Shown here in pieces: positions 38,318 to 47,792 of a stretch of DNA of 59,198 nt. The notes beneath the pieces were generated by a model that ran no database searches, was not told the DNA's origin, and saw nothing but the letters and a program-made list of their open reading frames with translations. The DNA comes from Sulfurospirillum sp. (GTDB taxonomy: Bacteria > Campylobacterota > Campylobacteria > Campylobacterales > QNZT01): the NCBI GenBank assembly GCA_024762235.1, contig JANTHT010000001.1, forward strand, positions 1 through 59,198, written 5' to 3'. Every line of letters starts with the position of its first letter. The stretch's first letter is position 1. Position numbers and translations under genes: made by a program.

Positions 38318-39807
38318 TGTTAGATCCTATTTCAATCGACTATAATGCACTGAACCTCGTATCGCTGATTCCGATGATGATAGTGGTAGTCGGTGCGTTG
38401 GCCATTCTCGTAATTGATCTGATCAAAGAGGATCTGTCGAAGAGTTTTTATGTCATGGTCAGTGAACTCTTCATACTGCTGTCTCTCGGTACTGTTCTGG
38501 GTTACACCGGACCGGAACGGGGATTTTTCGATGCGATTCTGATAGACGGTGTCGCGAAACTTGCCGAGGTGATCATTCTGATCGCTTCTGCGCTGTTTAT
38601 ACCTTTGGCTTTGACATCAAAAAGATTTCATGAGTTTTCCTATCCGGAATTTTTTGCACTCTTTTTGTTTATGATCGCCGGCTTTGTCTTTATGGTCACC
38701 ACGGACAACCTGATACTCATATTCGTCGGACTCGAAACTGCGAGTCTCGCACTCTATACGCTGATCGCGATGCACAATCGACAGAAAAGCTTTGAAGCGG
38801 CAGTCAAATATTTTACGATGGGCGCGCTGGCAGCCGGATTTTTCGTTTTTGCGATACTGATTCTTTATGCATTGACCGGCAGCGTAGAGATGCACAAGAT
38901 CAAAGAGGTATTGATCGCGAGAGATTTCGAACCGATGCTCGGTATTCTCGCTGCTGTGGTCTTCATGCTCGCAGCGCTCGGTTTCAAACTCTCCATGGTG
39001 CCGTTTCAGACATGGGTACCCGATGTCTACGAAGGGGCAAGTGCTGCACTCGCAGGATATATGTCGATCGTGCCGAAGATTGCAGGTTTTATTGTCGCGA
39101 TGCGTTTTTTCGAACTCTTTGTGCATGCCGAAAATGTCTGGGTGCAGGATATCCTGTGGATTGTCGTTGTCGTGACGATGACTGCAACAAACATCATGGC
39201 GCTTGTGCAGGAGAGCGTCAAAAGGATGCTCGCATACAGTTCGATCAGTCATGCAGGTTTCGTGATGGGGGCCATCCTTATCGGTACAACGCAGGCCAAC
39301 AGCGCGCTCTTCTTCTACTGGATACTTTTTACATTTACCAATCTGGGCGCATTTTCGATGCTCTGGGTCTCCCGTCACAAGAAAAAAGGTGTCTGGCACA
39401 GCAGATATGACCACCCTTACGAGAAGTTTTCGGGGATGGTGAAATTCATGCCTGTCAATGCTGTCATTATGGGTATGTTTATGCTGTCGCTCGCCGGAGT
39501 GCCGCCGTTTTCACTCTTCTGGGGTAAACTCTATATCATGAGTTCCGCTGTCAATTCCGGTTACATCTGGCTTGCTGTCATTATGGCGTTGAACAGTGCC
39601 ATATCAGTCTATTACTATCTGAAACTGGTTGTCTATATGTTCCTGAAAGAGCCGCAGAAAGAGAATGGTACGATCTATATGAAAAACAGTTCCACACCTC
39701 TGAAAACGATCATCGGTTTCGCCGCATTCATGACGCTCACAGCAGCTTTTTTTGTCAATCCTCTGCTGGAGATCATCACCGCATACGTCAAAAGCAGCGG
39801 TTTCTAA
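38317..39807 (+). CDS. nuoN: NADH-quinone oxidoreductase subunit N
   Basis: 496-aa antiporter-like subunit. Its start overlaps the nuoM stop. Last nuo gene. Confidence 0.95.
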   Translation: MLDPISIDYNALNLVSLIPMMIVVVGALAILVIDLIKEDLSKSFYVMVSELFILLSLGTVLGYTGPERGFFDAILIDGVAKLAEVIILIASALFIPLALTSKRFHEFSYPEFFALFLFMIAGFVFMVTTDNLILIFVGLETASLALYTLIAMHNRQKSFEAAVKYFTMGALAAGFFVFAILILYALTGSVEMHKIKEVLIARDFEPMLGILAAVVFMLAALGFKLSMVPFQTWVPDVYEGASAALAGYMSIVPKIAGFIVAMRFFELFVHAENVWVQDILWIVVVVTMTATNIMALVQESVKRMLAYSSISHAGFVMGAILIGTTQANSALFFYWILFTFTNLGAFSMLWVSRHKKKGVWHSRYDHPYEKFSGMVKFMPVNAVIMGMFMLSLAGVPPFSLFWGKLYIMSSAVNSGYIWLAVIMALNSAISVYYYLKLVVYMFLKEPQKENGTIYMKNSSTPLKTIIGFAAFMTLTAAFFVNPLLEIITAYVKSSGF

Positions 39808-39841
39808 CACAACATCTATCAGTAACTTTTACGTTCCAGGA

Positions 39842-39866
39842 AAGGACATCTTTTAAAGATGTCCTT
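39842..39866 (+). terminator. Stem-loop after nuoN (putative terminator)
   Basis: Palindrome AAGGACATC-TTTTAAA-GATGTCCTT, 35 nt after the nuoN stop. The trailing T-tract is weak. Confidence 0.4.
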
Positions 39867-39895
39867 AACTAATTTACGTATGCTATAATATTTTG

Positions 39896-42220
39896 ATGAA
39901 ATATTTAGTATGCTGTATTTTACTCACTATCTATCTTCCCGCCGCAGAACTGGTTCTCAATCGTTACAAAGAGAATGGACAACAAGTAGATATTTACCAT
40001 CTGGTCGATGAAAAGCCTGTTTCTTGCCATGTGGATATCACAGAAAATTTCAGGAAACGCATCGTATGCCGACTCTCCGGAGAGATCAGTCTCGAACATC
40101 CAAAGAGAGAAGAGAGATATTTTACAATCTATTTCAAGGCTAGAGAAGTGGTATTCGAAGCGAAGGCATATGCAAGAGTTTTGCCGACCGATACCGGATT
40201 GATCGATAAAGATGTGATACTCCCTCCGGGCAAATACAGGCACTGGACGATTGTCGGCAGTAGGCACAGACCGGAAATATTTGCGAAAGATCGCAAAAAA
40301 ACATTCAATTTTCCGGTGGCATATCAAGAGAAATCAGCCCCTTTCATCGGCGCGCTCGATCTCAACGGCGAACCGGCAAAGAATAAAAAAGGTGCCATAT
40401 ATCTCTCGAAAATCAAAAAACTTTATCGACTGAAAAAGTATAAGCAGGTCATCAAAGAGGCCGAAGCATATGTTGAAAAAGCGGCGGATATATTCAATGC
40501 GGAGATAGGCTTGTACAAATTACGGGCGCTCTCACACATGGCAAAAGAAGAGAGAGAAAATTACAATCTGCTGCTGGAAGAGGCAAGAGATTGGATCGAA
40601 GCCTATCCCTCAAACAGCCATATACCTGAAGTCTATATGTTTATCGTGCAGAGTTATCTCGGACGAGGCAGACTGAAGCAGGGTGAAAAGTATCTCAGGC
40701 TCCTGAAAAGCGGATTTTGGAAGAACCTCTATACGCAACGTGCACAAATCATCTATGCCGATACCCTGTACAAATCGAAGAAAAGAAGAGGCGAGGCGAT
40801 GCGTATCTATAAAAAAGTCCTCTTTGATACAAAAGATCTGGAGACCGCTTCACATGCTGCGATGCGTATCGCAAGCGGTTACCTCGATCTGCTGGAACCT
40901 GAAAAGGCGGAGAAATATATCGACAAAGTAATCAAGGGTAACCCCGGTTTTATCAAAACGCACCCTGTGGAGAGTTTCGCTATTGCCAAAAGATTTGCCG
41001 AACAGGAACACTACAAGACAGCATTGAAAATCGTAGCAAATATAGCGGTGAAAGAGAAGAAACAAGCGGAAGAGATCTTGAAAGAGAAGGCATACTGGCT
41101 CGAATCCGAAGGAGAGAAAGAGGCCGCGATCGCAGCATACAACCGGTATCTCAAAACGTTCAGGAATGGGAGATTTACCGATTTTGCAAGGAAGCATCTC
41201 GATGGGCTCATGCTGACACAGGATGATGAAAATCTGTCACAAAAACTGCAATTTGCAGAGACACTGCTGAAGCGATACAGTGACAGGGAGATCGTCAAAC
41301 GCGCATTGGAAGAGAAGGTAAAGATACTCTATAAGATGGGCCGCTATCGTGATATACTCTCTCTGGAGAAGCAGTTGAAGAGAGAGGGACTCGAGGCATG
41401 GATCGGCAAAAGTGCGAAACGTTTGCTGCAGCAATCACTCGAAAACGGTGCATGCGACGACGCAGTGACGTTGTCGGAAACCTATCAACTCCAGCTAGAG
41501 GCGCGATATGACGAGGCGATGTTTCGCTGTGATCTCAAAAGCGGAAAGTATGAGGAAGCGAAACGTCTGATCGATAAGCATATCGGCAGTGAAGATCTGC
41601 ATGAGAAATTGAAATGGCTCTATCATGCCGTGCACTATTATCAAAAAAGAGATGAAAACAAAAAAGTGATTCTGACTGGGAACGATGTGCTGAAACTGGC
41701 ACACAATCTGGGTACAAAGAAGTATGATGACGTACTGTATGACATCGTAGATGCCTATTATAATCTCAGGGAGTATGATGACATGATGCTACGGTATGTG
41801 AAGGATATCGAGAAGCGATTTCCCGATGACATACGCAATATCGATCTCTTCATGAAGGTGGTGAGATACGCACGCAAGCGAAAGGATGATCTTATGGCGA
41901 TCAACTATGCGAAAAAAGTGATTGAATTGCAAAAAAAGGCGAACGTCAAAGTCTATTCGCCGGATATTGAGATTCTCTATGCCCACATGTTGCGAAAAGT
42001 AGGGAAATATCGTGAAGCGCTGCAGGTCGTGCTCGATCTTCTGACATACAAACTGACAGATGTGCAGAAAGCGGAAGTGCTTTATCTGGCGGGAGAACTG
42101 AGCCTCAAACTCGGTAAAAAAGATGCAGCAAAAGAGTTCTATACCAAATGCGGTGTGATCGTCAAAGAGAGCGCCTGGCAAAAACTGTGTGCCGAAAATC
42201 TACAGATATTGAGTGACTAG
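39896..42220 (+). CDS. Secreted TPR-repeat protein, PflA-like (by architecture and position after nuoN)
   Basis: Signal peptide, a ~170-aa beta-rich N-domain, then ~600 aa of TPR-like helical repeats. In C. jejuni and H. pylori, pflA is the gene immediately downstream of nuoN. Confidence 0.5.
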   Translation: MKYLVCCILLTIYLPAAELVLNRYKENGQQVDIYHLVDEKPVSCHVDITENFRKRIVCRLSGEISLEHPKREERYFTIYFKAREVVFEAKAYARVLPTDTGLIDKDVILPPGKYRHWTIVGSRHRPEIFAKDRKKTFNFPVAYQEKSAPFIGALDLNGEPAKNKKGAIYLSKIKKLYRLKKYKQVIKEAEAYVEKAADIFNAEIGLYKLRALSHMAKEERENYNLLLEEARDWIEAYPSNSHIPEVYMFIVQSYLGRGRLKQGEKYLRLLKSGFWKNLYTQRAQIIYADTLYKSKKRRGEAMRIYKKVLFDTKDLETASHAAMRIASGYLDLLEPEKAEKYIDKVIKGNPGFIKTHPVESFAIAKRFAEQEHYKTALKIVANIAVKEKKQAEEILKEKAYWLESEGEKEAAIAAYNRYLKTFRNGRFTDFARKHLDGLMLTQDDENLSQKLQFAETLLKRYSDREIVKRALEEKVKILYKMGRYRDILSLEKQLKREGLEAWIGKSAKRLLQQSLENGACDDAVTLSETYQLQLEARYDEAMFRCDLKSGKYEEAKRLIDKHIGSEDLHEKLKWLYHAVHYYQKRDENKKVILTGNDVLKLAHNLGTKKYDDVLYDIVDAYYNLREYDDMMLRYVKDIEKRFPDDIRNIDLFMKVVRYARKRKDDLMAINYAKKVIELQKKANVKVYSPDIEILYAHMLRKVGKYREALQVVLDLLTYKLTDVQKAEVLYLAGELSLKLGKKDAAKEFYTKCGVIVKESAWQKLCAENLQILSD

Positions 42221-42309
42221 AAGGCTCCCGGAAGAGGGGCCTGTCGATTTAGAGATGCCCTTATTTTATTTCGATATAATCGATATAAATTTACATGTTA
42301 GGAAAATAT

Positions 42310-43230
42310 ATGGAAAAAGCGAAATATATCTGGATGGATGGTCACTTTGTTGAGTGGGACGATGCCAAAGTCCATCTCCTGACACATACGCTCCATTATG
42401 GCAATGGCGCCATAGAGGGGACAAAAGCGTACAAAACTGCTGATGGAAGATGTGCGATTTTCAAACTGAACGAACATACGAGAAGATTACTCAATTCATC
42501 GAAAATGACACTGATGGATGTTCCCTTCTCACTGGAAGAGTTAAACCGTGCGCAGATTGAGCTGCTGCAGAAAAATGGGCTGCTCAACGGAGCCTATATC
42601 AGACCGCTGGTCTACCTCGGATACGGCGTCATGGGACTTTACCACAAAGAGGCGCCTGTGCAAGTCGGGATTGCTGCCTGGGAGTGGGGCGCCTATCTGG
42701 GTGAAGAGGGGCTGAAAAAGGGTATCCGTCTCAAGATCTCATCGATGACACGCACACCCAACACTTCGGGGATGGGAAAGGCGAAAGCTGTCGCGAATTA
42801 TCTCAACTCCCAGATGGCCAAGTATGAGGCGGTCGAGGCGGGTTACGATGAGGCACTGATGCGTGATGACCAGGGGTATATCGCAGAAGCGAGCGGCGCA
42901 TGTTTTTTCATGGTGCGTGACGGTGTACTGATCTCACCTCCGAACGACAATTCACTCGAATCTATCACACAGCAGACTGTCATCGATCTGGCCAAAGATA
43001 TGGGAATAGAGGTGGTAAGGCGCAGGATCACCAGAGAAGAGATCTACATCGCCGATGAAGCTTTTTTGACCGGAACCGCTGCTGAAGTGACGCCGATACG
43101 GGAAGTAGATGCCCGTATCATCGGCAGTGGAGCGAGAGGTGCGATGACCGAGAAGTTGCAGAGTGCATACTTCGATGTTGTCGCCGGAAAAAATGAAAAA
43201 TATGCGCACCATTTGACATATATCAACTAA
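42310..43230 (+). CDS. ilvE: Branched-chain amino acid aminotransferase
   Basis: Class IV aminotransferase sequence (..HTLHYGNGAIEGTKAY.., ..GYDEALMRDDQGYIAEASGACFF.., ..LTGTAAEVTPI..). Start chosen at the ATG at 42310. Confidence 0.9.
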   Translation: MEKAKYIWMDGHFVEWDDAKVHLLTHTLHYGNGAIEGTKAYKTADGRCAIFKLNEHTRRLLNSSKMTLMDVPFSLEELNRAQIELLQKNGLLNGAYIRPLVYLGYGVMGLYHKEAPVQVGIAAWEWGAYLGEEGLKKGIRLKISSMTRTPNTSGMGKAKAVANYLNSQMAKYEAVEAGYDEALMRDDQGYIAEASGACFFMVRDGVLISPPNDNSLESITQQTVIDLAKDMGIEVVRRRITREEIYIADEAFLTGTAAEVTPIREVDARIIGSGARGAMTEKLQSAYFDVVAGKNEKYAHHLTYIN

Positions 43231-43251
43231 GAGAGAAGGGAAGGGGAAAAT

Positions 43252-44331
43252 ATGCCAGCTGATTTAAATGACTATTTTAACAAAAAAGGCGGAGGAAACA
43301 AGAGCGGGGGAAGCGGAGGCGGTAAAAAACCGACACCGCCCAATTTTCTGAAAGATTTCAGCAAGAGAGCGGGGCTGTTGTACCTGTTGATGGGATTGGT
43401 CGTGCTTCTGGTGATCGCCAAACCGTTTGTCGTAATCGAGTCGGGTGAAGTCGGAATCAAGGCAACAGCGGGTAAGTATGAGCCAGAACCTCTCGGTCCG
43501 GGTTTTCATGTATATATACCCTTTATCCAGACTGTCAAGATCGTCGATACGAAAGTACGCAGTATCAACTATACGACCAAACCGACTGACAATATCGCTT
43601 TTGGCCGTGAAAGCGGCGTGCGTAACGCCTCCGCGATCACCGCGCTTGACAAGAGGGGATTGATCATCTCTATCGACATTACGGTGCAATACAGACTCAG
43701 ACCGGAAACCGCACCGCAGACGATCGCAACCTATGGATTTGCCTGGGAAGAGAAGATCATCAACCCGATCGTGCGCGACGTGGTCAGAAGTGTCATAGGC
43801 CAGTACAAAGCGGAAGAGTTGCCTGTCAAACGTAATGAGATCGCAACACAGATTCGTGAGGGGATCGAAGAGCAGATCGAGAAGAAGAAGGGGCGTCCGG
43901 TCGAGCTCACGACAGTCAATCTGCGTGAGATTATCCTGCCACCTAAAATCGTTGAGCAGATCGAGCGTGTACAGATCGCGAAGCAGGAAGCGGATCGTGT
44001 GAAACTGGAAGTGGAGCGCGCGAAGCAGGAAGCGGAGAAGAAAGCGGCCCTCGCGCAGGGTGACGCAGATGCGAAAAAGATCCGTGCACAGGGTTCTGCC
44101 GATGCGATCGAGATCGAAGCCCATGCGCAGGCGTTTGCCAATACCGAGATCGGTAAGAGTCTGACAGGTGAATTGCTGCAACTGAAGCAGATAGAGGTAC
44201 AGGGAGCGTTCAACGAAGCGCTTAAAGTCAACAAAGATTCCAAAATCTTCCTGACTCCGGGCGGCGCGGTACCGAGTATCTGGATCGATGCCAAAGACAA
44301 GCAGCAGACGACAGCGGCGACAAGCAAATAG
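43252..44331 (+). CDS. SPFH/Band 7 (prohibitin/HflC-like) membrane protein
   Basis: Gly/Lys-rich N-terminus, one TM, an SPFH core (VVIESGEVGIKATAGKY..), and a C-terminal Ala/Glu/Lys coiled coil. Confidence 0.85.
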   Translation: MPADLNDYFNKKGGGNKSGGSGGGKKPTPPNFLKDFSKRAGLLYLLMGLVVLLVIAKPFVVIESGEVGIKATAGKYEPEPLGPGFHVYIPFIQTVKIVDTKVRSINYTTKPTDNIAFGRESGVRNASAITALDKRGLIISIDITVQYRLRPETAPQTIATYGFAWEEKIINPIVRDVVRSVIGQYKAEELPVKRNEIATQIREGIEEQIEKKKGRPVELTTVNLREIILPPKIVEQIERVQIAKQEADRVKLEVERAKQEAEKKAALAQGDADAKKIRAQGSADAIEIEAHAQAFANTEIGKSLTGELLQLKQIEVQGAFNEALKVNKDSKIFLTPGGAVPSIWIDAKDKQQTTAATSK

Positions 44332-44332
44332 C

Positions 44333-45049
44333 ATGCAGAATGTGGTCGAAAGGGTCGACTGGGAGAAGAGCGATCTGATCCCGGTGATCGCACAGGATGC
44401 CCAAAGCGGTGAAGTGCTCATGCTGGCCTACATGGACAAAAAGGCGCTGGAGCTCAGCATGGAGACGGGTCTGGCGCACTACTTTTCACGTAGCAAGCAG
44501 CGTATCTGGAAGAAGGGCGAAAGCAGCGGCAATATCCAGAAGATCAAAGAGGCTTACATCGACTGTGACAACGACACCCTGCTTCTGAAGATAGAACAGG
44601 TGGGCGGTGCCGCATGCCACACCGGCAGGCGTTCATGCTTCTTCACCCGACTCGATGACGGAGAGATCGTCAGTGAGGCGGATGAGAGTCTGACGCAAAA
44701 CTACAGCATCTTCGACAAAGTCTATCATATCATCCAGGAGCGAAAAACAGCCGATCCGGAAAACTCCTACGTCGCGTCGCTGCTGCACAAAGGGGAAAAC
44801 AGTTATCTCAAGAAGGTGGTGGAAGAGGCGGGCGAGTTCTGTTTCGCTGTCAAAGATGACGATGCGAAAGAGATAGTCTACGAGGCGGCGGATCTGGCAT
44901 TTCATGTGCTTGTAGCTTTGGGAGCGAAAAATATAGATCCCGACCGCATCAAACAGGAACTCGAGAGAAGATTCGGTCTGAGCGGTATCGAGGAGAAGAA
45001 GATGAGAAAAAGCGATGCGCCTGACACCGATCAAAGAGAGGATAGCTGA
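44333..45049 (+). CDS. hisIE: Bifunctional phosphoribosyl-AMP cyclohydrolase / phosphoribosyl-ATP diphosphatase
   Basis: HisI motif (..IPVIAQD..GEVLMLAYM..SRSKQRIWKKGESSGN..CD.D..) followed by a HisE helical domain (..KKVVEEAGE..EAADLAFH..). Start chosen at the ATG at 44333. Confidence 0.9.
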   Translation: MQNVVERVDWEKSDLIPVIAQDAQSGEVLMLAYMDKKALELSMETGLAHYFSRSKQRIWKKGESSGNIQKIKEAYIDCDNDTLLLKIEQVGGAACHTGRRSCFFTRLDDGEIVSEADESLTQNYSIFDKVYHIIQERKTADPENSYVASLLHKGENSYLKKVVEEAGEFCFAVKDDDAKEIVYEAADLAFHVLVALGAKNIDPDRIKQELERRFGLSGIEEKKMRKSDAPDTDQREDS

Positions 45050-45551
45050 CTATATCCACCATCTGACGCTGTATGATTATATTGCGTATGGCTGGCTGCT
45101 GGCGGTCATGGTGGGCTTTTTGCTGCTGGCGATCTCGCTGGCGGGTAAAAAACCCAAAACCGCACTCTGGATGATTCTGGTCGTGCTCATTTTGATGATC
45201 GCGGGTCCTTTCGGGATGAAGTATGGATTGGATCAGACGGTACGCAGAGTGGTGTTGACAGAGTCGAATGTCACGCAGCTCCATTTTGCCAGAGATCTGA
45301 TCGTCACAGGGGCGATCAGAAACGACGGCAGGATCGACCTGTCGGGTTGTCGTCTCTTTGTCAGGATACTCAGGAGAGACCCCGACCGATACAAAGAGAT
45401 GCTTTACAGCCTGAAACCTTTGCGTGTCAAGACGCTTCATCTGGAAAAGGGTTTGAAAAAAGGGAGTGATATGTCTTACAGGGTTGTGCTGAGCCATTTC
45501 GATTATCCGGAGCATCTCTATCGTGTGGATCAACGCGTGGAGTGCTACTGA
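45015..45551 (+). CDS. Two-TM membrane protein, DUF2393-like (paralog 1)
   Basis: 178 aa with two N-terminal TM helices and a beta-rich soluble domain. Overlaps the hisIE 3' end by 35 nt. Confidence 0.5.
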   Translation: MRLTPIKERIADYIHHLTLYDYIAYGWLLAVMVGFLLLAISLAGKKPKTALWMILVVLILMIAGPFGMKYGLDQTVRRVVLTESNVTQLHFARDLIVTGAIRNDGRIDLSGCRLFVRILRRDPDRYKEMLYSLKPLRVKTLHLEKGLKKGSDMSYRVVLSHFDYPEHLYRVDQRVECY

Positions 45552-46078
45552 TGATACATCTTACGACACTGCACTGGATCGCTATTGCCATATTTATACT
45601 GCTCTTTTTCATTCTTTCCCTGCTGTCGCTGCGTGAAAAGAAGATCAAAAACATGTTGCTGATGGTCTTTTCCTCATTTTTGCTGACTACAGCCGCTGCG
45701 GTCATCACAGTCGTCGTACTTGACAAATATACAAAAAAAGCGAAGATACTCACCTATGCCACACAGAGAGATCTGGCACATGAGAGTATCATACTGCGCG
45801 GTTTGCTGCAAAACATCGGTAAATACAAAATAGGCTACTGTAATCTGGAAGTACGTATCTCGCAAAACCCCAGAGGCAGTCGTGCAAACTCTTACTTCAA
45901 ACCGACAAAATCATTCGACTTCATGACCAATGCAGGCAATAAAAAATATAGCGTCACCGAAGAGCGGGAGGTGGCACAGAACCTGATGCCGGGCGAGAAA
46001 AAGAAGTTCTTCGTCAGCGTACGCATACCGGGCCATTTTGAAGACCCAAAATACTTCCTGAAACTTCACTGTCACTGA
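45551..46078 (+). CDS. Two-TM membrane protein, DUF2393-like (paralog 2)
   Basis: Same architecture and length class as the preceding gene. The ATG overlaps the upstream TGA (TGATG). Confidence 0.5.
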   Translation: MIHLTTLHWIAIAIFILLFFILSLLSLREKKIKNMLLMVFSSFLLTTAAAVITVVVLDKYTKKAKILTYATQRDLAHESIILRGLLQNIGKYKIGYCNLEVRISQNPRGSRANSYFKPTKSFDFMTNAGNKKYSVTEEREVAQNLMPGEKKKFFVSVRIPGHFEDPKYFLKLHCH

Positions 46079-46084
46079 CAAGAG

Positions 46085-46414
46085 ATGCAGATCTTGAAGA
46101 TGCGGTTGTACGGCACGCTTGCAGGTCATTTTCTGGCAGGTTTGCTGAGTGCGTTCGGTGTGAGTTTGTTGACCTTTCTCGTGCTGGGCATCACGCTGAA
46201 AAAAGCGCTGTTCGGTTTTTTCTTTTTCCTCTATACGCCTTTTGCTGCGATACCCTCTTTTCCTGTCTCCATTCCGGTTATCGTTATTTTGCTGCTGCTC
46301 TTCAGGCGGGTGGGGAGTTGTATGCGCAGAAATCTGCGATGGGTTGCGTACATGCTGCTGTTTTTGCACTGGGAGGCCTTTGGCTTTTACTGCAGCAGCT
46401 ACGTCACACTGTGA
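46085..46414 (+). CDS. Small hydrophobic membrane protein
   Basis: 109 aa with 3-4 TM helices. Last gene in the ilvE-hisIE direction. Confidence 0.45.
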   Translation: MQILKMRLYGTLAGHFLAGLLSAFGVSLLTFLVLGITLKKALFGFFFFLYTPFAAIPSFPVSIPVIVILLLLFRRVGSCMRRNLRWVAYMLLFLHWEAFGFYCSSYVTL

Positions 46415-46433
46415 AATCAATCTGCGAGTGACG

Positions 46434-46913
46434 CTACAGTTTCTCTCCGAGTTCCTTTGCCTTATCGCAAGATGTATAGATAACCACACGACAATGATTC
46501 TCTTCTGTTTCACGCAAATGGTCATACTTACGTTGCATGCGGATCCTGGTTTCACGATCGATTGGTTCAAAAACCGATTTGTATTCCACCGGTTCCCCAT
46601 CTTTGTAGACGACTGAAATATGCGCATGTACCCAATAGTAACCTTTGTCTTTGCGCAGGTTTTTGATGTAGCCTGACCAACTCTCATTCTTTTTGAGATG
46701 GTGCCAGAGTTCCGCAAAGAGAGATTTAGGCATGTCGGGATGGCGGACGATGCTGTGAGGTCTGCCTATCAACTCTTCAGGTATGTAACCCGATATCTCT
46801 GCAAATGTCTCGTTGACATAGGTGATGATTCCGCTCAGATCACTGCGTGATACGATCAGTTCGTTATGCGGTACGATGGTTTCGATGAACATGTCAAAGG
46901 AGGTGTCGATCAT
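46434..46913 (-). CDS. Stand-alone PAS domain protein (Aer/NifL-type PAS)
   Basis: Motifs ..IVSRSDLSGIITYVNETFAEISGY..ELIGRPHSIVRHPDMPKSLF..LW..WSGYIKNLRKDKGYYWV... Start chosen at the ATG at 46913; the longer ORF reads through the repeat element. Confidence 0.8.
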   Translation of the reverse strand: MIDTSFDMFIETIVPHNELIVSRSDLSGIITYVNETFAEISGYIPEELIGRPHSIVRHPDMPKSLFAELWHHLKKNESWSGYIKNLRKDKGYYWVHAHISVVYKDGEPVEYKSVFEPIDRETRIRMQRKYDHLRETEENHCRVVIYTSCDKAKELGEKL

Positions 46914-46938
46914 GGGATACTCCGCTGTTTTTACTGTT

Positions 46939-47011
46939 GAATCCACTGAATAATTCACTTCTCTCAAACAGCTGCAGATGTCGTTCGGGCAGCAAATTAT
47001 CCAGAGGATTC
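46939..47011 (+). repeat. MITE-like repeat, copy B (internally deleted, 73 bp)
   Basis: Carries the TIR variants GAATCCACTGAATA / TATCCAGAGGATTC and both arms of the element, but lacks the central ~45-nt hairpin segment. Lies in the divergent PAS/ytfJ-like spacer. Confidence 0.8.
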
Positions 47012-47125
47012 TATTATACAGATTCATAACTGGGGGAATGTTGACAGAGATCAAGAGGTGCTGTTGCGCTTTTTTTTGACAAAAATGCATTATTTAGCTA
47101 TCATAACAGCAAAAAAGGTGAAAAG

Positions 47126-47680
47126 GTGAAAAAAAGTTTTCTTTTGATCCTCCTCATGACGCTCATGACTATGGAAGCGATGGCGCTTATGCTGGGGCAA
47201 ACACCGCCCAAAGTGGTCCTAGAGGGTAAAAACGGCGGTAAGGTAGACGGTACTCCGTGGCGTTCGGAGATGCTGTACGGCAAAGTATATGTCCTCTTCT
47301 ATGTCGATCCCGACGAACGCAACACCAACGAAGCATTCAGCGAAGCACTCAAAGCGAGAAACTTTCCACATGACAAATACACTTCCGTAGCGATCGTCAA
47401 CATGGCAGCGACATGGATGCCCGACTTCGCCATCGAAGCGAAGCTCAAAGCGAAACAGAAGAAGTATCCGCATGCGATCTATGTCAGGGACAGAAAAAAA
47501 GTGCTTGTCAAAAAGTGGAGACTCAAAGATGACAGTTCGGACATTCTCGTCTTCGACAAAGAGGGTAGACTCATCTTTGAACATAGCGGAAAACTCAATA
47601 AAGAACAGATCGATAAAGTGCTTACCCTGATAGAGTCTCAACTGGCAGATAGTTACAGTACACTTATAGATAACAAATAG
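47126..47680 (+). CDS. YtfJ-family periplasmic protein (thioredoxin-like fold)
   Basis: GTG start and signal peptide. YtfJ-like sequence (..GKVYVLFYVDPDERNTNE..AIVNM..WMPDF..). Confidence 0.55.
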   Translation: MKKSFLLILLMTLMTMEAMALMLGQTPPKVVLEGKNGGKVDGTPWRSEMLYGKVYVLFYVDPDERNTNEAFSEALKARNFPHDKYTSVAIVNMAATWMPDFAIEAKLKAKQKKYPHAIYVRDRKKVLVKKWRLKDDSSDILVFDKEGRLIFEHSGKLNKEQIDKVLTLIESQLADSYSTLIDNK

Positions 47681-47792
47681 ATTATAAAATTATTACCTTT
47701 TGAAGTAAATGTGTTAAAATAATCTATCTACAGGAGTGTCGTGACAACCCCTGTATTCTGCTTCAAAAGGAGTGCATGTCGTGATTATGCAA

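Noticed and set aside
43264-44421. A 385-aa ORF antisense to the SPFH gene, and a 220-aa ORF at 43731..44393.
   Set aside because: For 43264..44421 this is the same codon-aligned antisense artefact. Neither ORF has protein-like composition, and the SPFH reading frame is clearly the real one.
46914-47090. A 59-codon N-terminal extension of the PAS ORF (218-aa version).
   Set aside because: The extension reads straight through repeat copy B and has no protein-like features. The internal ATG at 46913 begins exactly where PAS homology starts.
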